Both the position numbers and the translations under genes were made by a program. DNA of 20,000 nucleotides from an uncultured virus (IMG/VR IMGVR_UViG_3300037153_000351) (taxonomy: Duplodnaviria > Heunggongvirae > Uroviricota > Caudoviricetes): the IMG/VR virus record IMGVR_UViG_3300037153_000351. One strand, given 5' to 3'. Each line of letters begins with the position of its first letter. Positions within the stretch are counted from its first letter, which is position 1. This document shows positions 1 through 7,446 of this stretch, in pieces. The notes under the pieces were generated by a model, which was given only the letters and a program-made list of their open reading frames with translations, was not told the DNA's origin and searched no databases.

Positions 1-1786
1 ATAAGATGGCTTGGTCAACTCCACGGGAGTATTGAAGACGAAATTGATTCAATACCGCGAAGATACGTAACTGATTCACAAGATCGGGCGGGTAAAGGAC
101 ATTCAAACGGTTGGGATCATTTGCATCCCTTTCCACTATTAGGTTTGCCTTGAAGTTATTCGCGTCCTCCACAAGACCTATGAATTCGTCGTCGCGGTAT
201 TGCGCCACGAGTTCGGCTTTGACGATCTTCGGTGTGACGATGGCCTGTCCCGCGCCGAACCTCGTCCCGTCGTTGGCGAGTTTATGGCGTGGGAATTTGG
301 TCGTGATGGCGTGGCGTTGATTGCGAATGAGCCTTGCCAGCGTGGCGAGCGTGGTGACGAGCTCGAACGCATCATCGCCAAACCCGTATAGGTTTACTTG
401 ATACGTCGTGGTTTCACGGGCGATCATCGGCACGTTATCGGAGAGCGTGCGTTGCGTCGCGACACCCGAGCTCGACAATGCATTGAGCTCGGCGAGGTTG
501 AATCGATGATGGAACGGCGCGGGCTTGATGCCTTCCATGTGCAGGGTTTGCAGCGGGCGGGCCGGATCATTGATCAGCGCGCGCGCGGCCTTCGCGGTAT
601 AGGCGGCCGCCACTTCATAGGCCGGCGAAAGCACCTTGGGTTCCATCCCCATGGTCGAGAGGATCTTGCCGTTGCGGGTGAGGCCCCACGTGATCAGGTC
701 GGAATAGGATCCGCGCTTGGCCGCGAACAGATGGCCATAGAGTTGGCGCATCCAGCCCCATCGGCCGGTGTCGGAAAAATCCCACTCCCCTTCCCACGCC
801 AGCAACGACGTGGAATCGGTGTAGCCGCCGAGCGAGACAAATTCATATTCCGTTTCGCCGAGGTTACTGATGACGTTGTCGAAATCCGGCACGCCGACGC
901 CGCCGCTCAACGTGTAACCGGAATAGACCAGCGAGAGGCCGACCGGCAATTGCTCGCCGCCGATGCGCCCGAAATAGCTATCGGTCATCGTGATATCGTT
1001 GCCGCTCGTGCCCAACCATTTGCATGTGAGCGTAATGATCGCGGCATTTGCGACCGCCGTGACCGGCAAGTCCTCGTCTTCGTTGATCTCGTCGGCGACC
1101 ATTGATGCGACCTCGTTCACGGTCGCGGTAGCATAAATATTGGTGCGGACATTCACGCCGGCGATATAGAGATGAATTGTCCCGGCTTCGCTCGGCGGTG
1201 TGGCGATCGTGATGGTGCCGTTCGCCGCGGTGCCGCCTTCCGGTTCGGCGACGCCCACCGCCCACACCTCATTCGCGAAATTGTTTCGGTAATAGGCTTT
1301 GAGCGAATTGGCGAGCTCGCTACCTCTGCCGAAATAATGGTCGGCGTCCATCTGGCGATTTACGATCACAGGGACGTCGGGGATCGCGACACCCGTTCCG
1401 GTGCCGGGGATATCCTCCCATGTCACGGTAAACGATGCATTGGTCCCCGTGCCGCTCGTGCTGACTTGCTGCACTGGATTGACCGGCACCGCGCCGACCG
1501 AAACGCTCCCGGGATTGGTGACCGTGACGGTTGCGACCGCGCCCGTTGTGACGGTGTCGACCGTGAGAACGACGCCGTTTCCCAAATCAATCGTATCGGC
1601 GGCGGCATAACCGGATCCGCCGGCGGCGACGACCGCGTTTTGCACGCGCTTCGCTTTGACCGACATGGTGCCGACGACCAGCGAACGCATATGCGAGCGC
1701 GGATATCCGGCTTTCGAGCCGTCGATCTCAACCCAATAAAGGGGTTGCTTCCAATTTGCGGGGATATCTTGGAACGAGATAGGCAT
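1..1786 (-). CDS. Contractile tail sheath protein, Mu gpL-like (stop codon at or just beyond the window edge; at least 595 aa)
   Basis: Not in the ORF track; translated by hand. RBS CAGGAG precedes ATG 1786. MPISFQDIPANWKQPLYWVEIDGSKA...FGRGSELA...DPARPLQTL...TTKFPRHKLANDGTRFGAGQAIVTPKIVKAELVAQY...ERDANDPNRLNVLYPPDLVNQLRIFAVLNQFRLQY carries the typical Mu/P27/SfV sheath N- and C-terminal motifs. Confidence 0.95.
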   Translation of the reverse strand, partial: MPISFQDIPANWKQPLYWVEIDGSKAGYPRSHMRSLVVGTMSVKAKRVQNAVVAAGGSGYAAADTIDLGNGVVLTVDTVTTGAVATVTVTNPGSVSVGAVPVNPVQQVSTSGTGTNASFTVTWEDIPGTGTGVAIPDVPVIVNRQMDADHYFGRGSELANSLKAYYRNNFANEVWAVGVAEPEGGTAANGTITIATPPSEAGTIHLYIAGVNVRTNIYATATVNEVASMVADEINEDEDLPVTAVANAAIITLTCKWLGTSGNDITMTDSYFGRIGGEQLPVGLSLVYSGYTLSGGVGVPDFDNVISNLGETEYEFVSLGGYTDSTSLLAWEGEWDFSDTGRWGWMRQLYGHLFAAKRGSYSDLITWGLTRNGKILSTMGMEPKVLSPAYEVAAAYTAKAARALINDPARPLQTLHMEGIKPAPFHHRFNLAELNALSSSGVATQRTLSDNVPMIARETTTYQVNLYGFGDDAFELVTTLATLARLIRNQRHAITTKFPRHKLANDGTRFGAGQAIVTPKIVKAELVAQYRDDEFIGLVEDANNFKANLIVERDANDPNRLNVLYPPDLVNQLRIFAVLNQFRLQYSRGVDQAIL

Positions 1787-1867
1787 GGGGGTTTCTCCTG
1801 CTTATGAGCGAGAATCGTCGTGCCCCCGAATGGGCGACGCGACGACGGATTAGGCGTTAGCGAGAGG

Positions 1868-2173
1868 TTATTCGGTGGGGCGAGTTTGATCGGCGACGCG
1901 ACGACGACGCGCTTCGGTTTGCTGTTCGGCCGGCCGCGCTTGTTGTTCGGCCGGTTGCTGTTGCTGTTCCGCCGGCTCGTCTTTCACGAGCTCAACGTCG
2001 CCGTCGTTGATACGGCGTTTCGTGAATTGATCGAACGGCCAATGCGAAATGCCGTCCTTATTGAATTTGAAATTCGTCGGCTTGTGGACAAGGTGCTCCC
2101 GCACGTTGTCTTTCAAGGCGCGAACCTTGACGGTCGGCACCCTGTTTTCTTCAACGACGCGAGTTTTTGCCAT
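1868..2173 (-). CDS. Small pre-sheath protein, DUF2635 (Mu gp38)-like, with PAEQQ low-complexity tail
   Basis: RBS GGAGG; motif FTKRRINDGDVEL resembles the xxRRxxxGDV motif of DUF2635; lies immediately upstream of the sheath. Confidence 0.65.
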   Translation of the reverse strand: MAKTRVVEENRVPTVKVRALKDNVREHLVHKPTNFKFNKDGISHWPFDQFTKRRINDGDVELVKDEPAEQQQQPAEQQARPAEQQTEARRRRVADQTRPTE

Positions 2174-2185
2174 TTGGGATTCCTC

Positions 2186-2890
2186 CTATGGTGGCGGTTG
2201 TGGTCCCCAATCGGGCGGAACAACCGGGCCGCTTGGCAAACCATCGTCCGAGGTGAGGTCATAGACGACCGTGAACGGCTCGCGCTCGTTCGGGTCATAC
2301 GGCCACGGGTAGGCAACGGTGATATGCATGAGGTCGAGGTGATCGGGCACGTAGGGCGGAAATTCGATGCGATGCGTGAACGTGAGATCCATCTGTAATT
2401 CCGCCCACGAGGTTTCGTGCTGTTGTCCGGGCGGGCCGAAATTGAATCGGCGGTTGCCGCCGGTGACGGCCTCGATCTTGAGATGTTGTTGAATCACTCT
2501 GCCGCGATAGTCGGTGATCTTCATGAACTCGCCGTCGCACACGCCATAATCCCACCACGCTTGATTCTCGAACAAGCGCATGATGGTCCAGCCGGCGGCG
2601 TCAAGATTGTCCTGCGCGACCTTGTTGTCGTTTGACACGACTTGGATCGAGAATCCGAGGCGCGCGGCGCAGGCGAACCGCGGTTGCCCGTGATTGCCCT
2701 GCCCGTCCTCGGTGAACCGTTCCTCGATCACGTAACAACCGAGATAGGGCAGGTTCTCCGGTTGCACGGGCCCCTTCATCGGATTGTAAGAAAACAGCTT
2801 GACCGATTTGAACGTCGGAACGGCTTTCAAACGATCCACGAACTTGTCGCGGATGATATAGGTCGGCGAGTTTATGTCGGCGTTGTTCAT
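2186..2890 (-). CDS. Putative tail terminator / tail completion protein
   Basis: 234 aa; ATG overlaps the upstream stop; position between head-closure and sheath genes; IRDKFVDRLK...ENLPYLGCYVIEE pattern resembles gpU-like proteins. Confidence 0.55.
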   Translation of the reverse strand: MNNADINSPTYIIRDKFVDRLKAVPTFKSVKLFSYNPMKGPVQPENLPYLGCYVIEERFTEDGQGNHGQPRFACAARLGFSIQVVSNDNKVAQDNLDAAGWTIMRLFENQAWWDYGVCDGEFMKITDYRGRVIQQHLKIEAVTGGNRRFNFGPPGQQHETSWAELQMDLTFTHRIEFPPYVPDHLDLMHITVAYPWPYDPNEREPFTVVYDLTSDDGLPSGPVVPPDWGPQPPP

Positions 2891-3315
2891 GTGAGGACCG
2901 GCATTGCAAAGTCGAGCGCGCCGACAGAGAACCCGATCGCCGCGGCGTCATAGGCGAATAGTTTTGGTTCCTCGAGCCGCTTCAATTGCAGGGTGATTTC
3001 GCCGCCGGCGTTGTTGGGCGAGAGATCGGCGATTTCAAAATCGCCGCCGTCGACGTCCTCATGGAACGGGATCCGCACGATATCTTTCTGCCGCGGCAGA
3101 ATGCCGAACTCGTCCGCCAGAATGTCGAGCTCGATCCGCGCCGACGACACCATGACTTCGGTGAACGCCTCGATATCCATGTCGTTGCTATCGAAGATCC
3201 CGCGCGCGTCATACGCGCCCGCGCCCGGAATGCTTGCGAGCGGTTGAATGGTGATCGGCCGCGCGAACAGGTCGAAACACGGCTCATAGACATTTCGTAG
3301 AAAATTCACCGCCAT
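2887..3315 (-). CDS. Putative head-tail joining / head-closure protein
   Basis: 142 aa; FARPITIQP...YDARGIFD...PRQKDIVRI...FEIAD...GEITLQL fits a gpFII-like beta-barrel pattern; neck-region position. Confidence 0.6.
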   Translation of the reverse strand: MAVNFLRNVYEPCFDLFARPITIQPLASIPGAGAYDARGIFDSNDMDIEAFTEVMVSSARIELDILADEFGILPRQKDIVRIPFHEDVDGGDFEIADLSPNNAGGEITLQLKRLEEPKLFAYDAAAIGFSVGALDFAMPVLT

Positions 3316-3436
3316 GGATATTGACCTTCCCTCTGCCGCCGCGGAATATTCCGGGCATGCGCCGCCGTCCTCTCAGCGTGAGTGTGAAAGCATCAAAGCG
3401 CGCATGGATTGCGCGCAAGCGCAGGTCGCGCGCGAC

Positions 3437-3712
3437 TCACCAATCTCGATCGGGCCGTTCGAAAAACCAGACGAAACGGCGATAAAGAACCTTCTCTTGC
3501 ATGCTCGCGATTTTGGCCGCCGTGACTTGCACCCGCCGGCGGCGTCCGCCGAATGCTCCGCCGCGTCGCCGGCGCACCTCGCGGCCGCCCGCCCACGCGT
3601 AGGAGCGCGCGCGCCGTTCGCCTTCCGCGGCCGCTTGCGGCACGAGATTGTCGGCTCGCCACTCGAACAGGGAAATGAGCTTGTCGAGCTCCCACGTGTC
3701 GACGGTGATCAT
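3437..3712 (-). CDS. Basic hypothetical neck-region protein (possibly HK97 gp10-like)
   Basis: 91 aa, Arg-rich; starts 7 nt after the connector stop; assignment is by synteny only. Confidence 0.45.
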   Translation of the reverse strand: MITVDTWELDKLISLFEWRADNLVPQAAAEGERRARSYAWAGGREVRRRRGGAFGGRRRRVQVTAAKIASMQEKVLYRRFVWFFERPDRDW

Positions 3713-3719
3713 GGATTTT

Positions 3720-4355
3720 TCAAATCCAATGCCGGTAATAATGTTCGAGCACGTTCTTGACCGAATTCCACGTTTGCGTGCTTACGCCCGACGTTGCCGT
3801 GGTCGACCCGCTTTGCGTTGGCGAGTGATATTGCACGCGCGCTTGTTTGTGCGCGATCATGCGCACGCCCGTGAGCGACGGCGGGCGTTGCGATGACGTA
3901 TAGGCTTCGCGCGAGACGGCGGTCACCGCCGCCTTGAGATCGTAGGGGGCCTCGTCGGGCAAGTGGTAACCGCCGGAATAAATCGAGTCGACCACGCCGG
4001 CGAAATCGCCATACAGCGTCCCGGTTTTTTCCTCCAACGTCCAATTCGTATCAAGCAAAATGTCGACGCCGTTCAAGGTCAGCACCTCGATATCGGAGAA
4101 TTTCACCGGCCATTGCGAAAAAAACAATTCCTTCGTGCCGGCCTCGATTTCGAAAAACGTCTCGGTGACTTTCTGATATCCGAATACACGATTGACGAGG
4201 CGGGCGACCGCCGCCGACATTTCGGTGTTGATCAGCGCAAGCGTTGCATCTTTCGTCGTGTCGCCCGGGGTCACGGCAAGCAACAATTTGAGCTCGTCGA
4301 CCGTGACGAGATCAATCGAGTCGGGCTCGATCAGCACGTTCATAATCTGTTTCAT
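3720..4355 (-). CDS. Head-tail connector (HK97 gp6 / phiE125 gp8-like)
   Basis: Start re-called at [26 protein letters not shown] (ATGA overlap with the collagen gene stop). LVTVDELK...D..L..I...SAAV...NRVF and [18 protein letters not shown] are typical connector motifs. Confidence 0.75.
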   Translation of the reverse strand: MKQIMNVLIEPDSIDLVTVDELKLLLAVTPGDTTKDATLALINTEMSAAVARLVNRVFGYQKVTETFFEIEAGTKELFFSQWPVKFSDIEVLTLNGVDILLDTNWTLEEKTGTLYGDFAGVVDSIYSGGYHLPDEAPYDLKAAVTAVSREAYTSSQRPPSLTGVRMIAHKQARVQYHSPTQSGSTTATSGVSTQTWNSVKNVLEHYYRHWI

Positions 4356-5713
4356 CGCGCCGCCTCGTCGTGGAATTTCCGGAACAGCGCACGCAATTCG
4401 AGTCGCGGGCCCTCGCTCCCGTTGGTCATGATCGGCGTCGCCGTGTAGTTGGCGGCGTCGATATGCCATGCCCGGATGCTCGCTCCGGGCTCGCCGCGAT
4501 CGCCGCGGTCGCCTTTGCGCCCCGACGGGCCGACCCGCCATCCCGGCCCCGGGCAGGGCCCCGGATTATTTTGCACCGCAGCGAACCATGAGCCGTTGAG
4601 GGTGACGACGCTCAACGCCGGATAATTTTCGGCCGCATCATAGGGCCCACGGATCTCCAATCCCCGTCCCGGTTCGCCCGGTTTGCCATCTGCACCGTCA
4701 CGTCCATTCGCGCCCGCTGCGGCGACGAGTTGCCAAGTGTCGCTCGATCCATGTCCCGGCTCGGCCGCAGTGTCGGCGATGGCCTGCCAGCATGAGCCCC
4801 GGTAAACGACCAATTCATTCGCATAAGTGACGCTCCCGGGTTGCCATTCGCCTTTAACCGCCTTGAGGATTCCCATGGGCCCCTGCGGGCCTTGTGGGCC
4901 TTCGGGGCCGCGGCGACCTTGCGGGCCTTCCGGGCCGACGGGCCCGGGGTTGCCTATCGGCCCCTCGGGGCCACGTTCACCCGCGACACCCGCAGGGCCG
5001 GATTGACCCGGTTCGCCTTGGACACCTTGCGGACCAATGGGCCCGGGCGAGCCGTCGTTGCCTTGAACACCTTGCGGGCCCGTTTCACCTTGCTTGCCAT
5101 CGTTGCCTTGCTCCCCTTTTGGGCCCGCCGCTCCGGGCGGGCCCTGTGGTCCTATGGGGCCTTGCGGGCCGGTTTCGCCCATGGGGCCCGGATTTCCGAC
5201 CGGGCCGACGTCGCCCTGTGGGCCCTGTTGCCCGGATGGCCCCTCTTGCCCCTGCGGGCCGATTTCGCCGACGGGGCCCGCAGGACCGGGAGGACCGTTG
5301 GCCCCTTGTGCCCCATCGGCCCCCGCGGGCCCTTGCGGGCCGGCGGGGCCTGCGGGCCCGCTATCGCCGGCGGGACCGCTCGGCCCTTGCGGCCCCTGCG
5401 GCCCCGGCTCGCCGTCCTTGACGGTTGCCAGCTTGGCCGACATCTCGACCCGGAGCGCGGCCTTTAACTCACTGATTTCGTTGCGCAGAGTCGACAATGT
5501 TTCCCGGGAAACACTTTCGAGCTCACGCATGTGCGCCATCGCTGCGCGCAACTCCGCGGCAAAGATCTCGGTTTCCTTGCGCCATTCGCGGCGCAGTTCC
5601 GAAATGACGACGCCGCCAGCCTCGACAAGGCCGTCGTCAAGCTCGTCCTGCATGTTCGCGGCGATCAATTCGCCGTGCCCGTTTAAGGAATTGTTGTCCG
5701 AGGGATCGTCCAT
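4352..5713 (-). CDS. Collagen-like virion protein: coiled coil, 61 Gly-X-Y triplets, two aromatic CBM5/12-like modules
   Basis: Uninterrupted Gly-X-Y from 5413 to 4865. C-terminal modules [22 protein letters not shown]...EPG...W and [22 protein letters not shown]...PGPGW. RBS GGAG. Confidence 0.85.
   Translation of the reverse strand: MDDPSDNNSLNGHGELIAANMQDELDDGLVEAGGVVISELRREWRKETEIFAAELRAAMAHMRELESVSRETLSTLRNEISELKAALRVEMSAKLATVKDGEPGPQGPQGPSGPAGDSGPAGPAGPQGPAGADGAQGANGPPGPAGPVGEIGPQGQEGPSGQQGPQGDVGPVGNPGPMGETGPQGPIGPQGPPGAAGPKGEQGNDGKQGETGPQGVQGNDGSPGPIGPQGVQGEPGQSGPAGVAGERGPEGPIGNPGPVGPEGPQGRRGPEGPQGPQGPMGILKAVKGEWQPGSVTYANELVVYRGSCWQAIADTAAEPGHGSSDTWQLVAAAGANGRDGADGKPGEPGRGLEIRGPYDAAENYPALSVVTLNGSWFAAVQNNPGPCPGPGWRVGPSGRKGDRGDRGEPGASIRAWHIDAANYTATPIMTNGSEGPRLELRALFRKFHDEAAR
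4865..5413 (-). repeat. Collagen Gly-X-Y coding repeat (61 triplets)
   Basis: Counted from GEP to GIL; 9-bp periodicity in the DNA. Confidence 0.95.
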
Positions 5714-7067
5714 TGGTCTTGCTCCCGGGTGCGGTCGGCCCCGGTTGTTTCGGGGCGGGCGGAGCGGACGGCGAGGCCGGCGGGATTGTTATTTTTCCCG
5801 GCGCACCCGGCGCAGGGATGGCACCCGCAGCACTTAGGGGCACCTGTTGCTGTTGGACCCTAGGCTCGTCTCCGTGCGGAACGTCGTCATAACCTTCTAG
5901 ATTGCGGGCTTCGTTAGGCGCGAGGATTCCGCCGAGCACGGCCTCTTTTAATGAGGTCATTCGATCCTTGAAGGCGGAGCGCAGCAAGGCGGCCGTGTCG
6001 AATTCACAATATTCGTCGGGTTGGCCCTTGAGCTCGAACGTCACGCCAATCGCTTCCTCGACGTGATTCAAACAAAAACCGAGGCCGGTCGAGACCCACA
6101 ATTGCATAAGCGCTTCGGTCGAGGAAAACGGCGAGCCGCCGAGGCCAAGCACCTGCAACGGGATCCGGAACGCCAAGGCGATATCCTGATCGGTCGCCTT
6201 CATGATCTCCGCGAGTTGCGCGTCGCGCGAGGTCATGGTGATCGGATGCGGCTTGAGGCCAGCGGTTAGGATTGGCGTACCGCCTGCGCCCTCGCCGCGG
6301 GTTTGCTCGTTCCATCGCTCGCGCGCGGCCGCGACCTGATCCTTGTCGAGGATCTGATCGGTCGACAACACGAACGACGGTTGCGCGCGGTTGAGAAAAA
6401 ATTTCAATTGCTGTTGCTTCATGGCGTCGCCGGCGCAGATATCCGGCGCGGCCGACAACAGCGGGCTTTCGCCTTTGAGCGGGTCGCGGCCCGTGTGCAA
6501 GCGGATATGCAGCACGTCACGGCGGGGCACGAGTTCGAGCGGCCCGAATTCTTCCTCGATTATAACATTGCCGCGTAATTTGTAAAAAACATCGCCGTTC
6601 TCGGCGACGCGTGCAGCGCATTGTCGTGGATCCATCAAATGCATCTGTTCGATTTCGAACCGTGAATTGCGGATGCAATAGGCATAGGCGTTGCCGTCGA
6701 GATATAAATCGCGGACGGCATTCAACATGAAATCGGAAATTGAATCATATTCATTCGGGTGCCGCAGGATCCGCGACAGGGCCGAGGTCGTGATGCGATC
6801 GCGTCCGCCTTTCTTGTTGCTTTTCCAATGGTCGCCCGGGAGCATGGCGACGGTTTGCGAATAGGCCGACACGCACGCCTCGACGATGGCCGAGCGCGCG
6901 CCGGCGGGAACCGGGTCATATCCGAGTTGCCACCAATTCCAATATTGGCCGACGTCGTGCGAAAGATATCCGCCCGTGACCGGCAAGAGATAGGGGCCGG
7001 GACGATAAGCCCCCTCGGCCGCTTTCGCGGCCGGGGGGACAATCGGAACGGACGTCCGAGCGGTCAT
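5637..7067 (-). CDS. Phage portal protein, HK97 family
   Basis: [37 protein letters not shown]...[27 protein letters not shown] motifs; Pro-rich C-terminal tail. Confidence 0.95.
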   Translation of the reverse strand: MTARTSVPIVPPAAKAAEGAYRPGPYLLPVTGGYLSHDVGQYWNWWQLGYDPVPAGARSAIVEACVSAYSQTVAMLPGDHWKSNKKGGRDRITTSALSRILRHPNEYDSISDFMLNAVRDLYLDGNAYAYCIRNSRFEIEQMHLMDPRQCAARVAENGDVFYKLRGNVIIEEEFGPLELVPRRDVLHIRLHTGRDPLKGESPLLSAAPDICAGDAMKQQQLKFFLNRAQPSFVLSTDQILDKDQVAAARERWNEQTRGEGAGGTPILTAGLKPHPITMTSRDAQLAEIMKATDQDIALAFRIPLQVLGLGGSPFSSTEALMQLWVSTGLGFCLNHVEEAIGVTFELKGQPDEYCEFDTAALLRSAFKDRMTSLKEAVLGGILAPNEARNLEGYDDVPHGDEPRVQQQQVPLSAAGAIPAPGAPGKITIPPASPSAPPAPKQPGPTAPGSKTNGRSLGQQFLKRARRIDRREHAGRA

Positions 7068-7372
7068 TCGCGCCGCGTAGTCGCACGCGTATCATGTGGG
7101 GCCGCCGCCGTGGCCTGCCGGGTTTGATAAGTTCCCGGTTTCTTGGCCTCGACGGTACGGCCCGCCCATTTCTCGGCGTGAACATCCGGCCCGCTGCCGT
7201 CATCCTCATGTTCGAGAATGTGCTCGCCGAGCTTGGCGCGATCATTCTCGGCTTGTGTCGGGGTCGGCTTGCCTTGTGCGCGCTCGGCATATTGCCGATT
7301 GGATTCCTCGACAATTTTCTGATCGGCTTCGAGCCTCGCTTTGATGTTTGCTTGATTGGGATCGTCGGCCAT
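7064..7372 (-). CDS. Hypothetical head-module protein (KPTPTQxEND motif)
   Basis: Strong RBS AGGAGG; stop overlaps the portal start (ATGA); lies between capsid and portal. Confidence 0.75.
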   Translation of the reverse strand: MADDPNQANIKARLEADQKIVEESNRQYAERAQGKPTPTQAENDRAKLGEHILEHEDDGSGPDVHAEKWAGRTVEAKKPGTYQTRQATAAAPHDTRATTRRE

Positions 7373-7415
7373 GGGTTGGCCTCCTATGCTAGAGTTTCAG
7401 GTGAGCTTAGAACGA

Positions 7416-7446
7416 TTGCGCAACCATTAAGGTTGCGCAACCATTA
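7416..7446. promoter_or_regulatory. Hairpin / tandem palindrome immediately after the capsid stop
   Basis: TTGCGCAACC-ATTAA-GGTTGCGCAA forms a perfect 10-bp stem; TTGCGCAACCATTA also occurs twice (7416-7429, 7433-7446). Confidence 0.5.

Noticed and set aside
111..1807. Plus-strand ORFs 111..320, 200..391, 398..1105 and 1172..1807
   Set aside because: Antisense shadows of the tail sheath gene, which the track omitted because it lacks a stop within the window.
4356..4541. Upstream extension of the head-tail connector ORF
   Set aside because: Overlaps the collagen gene C-terminus; ATGA coupling at 4355 is more plausible.
4865..5413. Possible CRISPR array or DNA tandem repeat
   Set aside because: The 9-bp periodicity is explained by Gly-X-Y codons; no constant repeat with unique spacers.
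4841..5837. Plus-strand Gly/Pro/Cys-rich ORFs such as 5094..5837
   Set aside because: Reverse-complement read of the collagen repeat; no independent RBS or domain.
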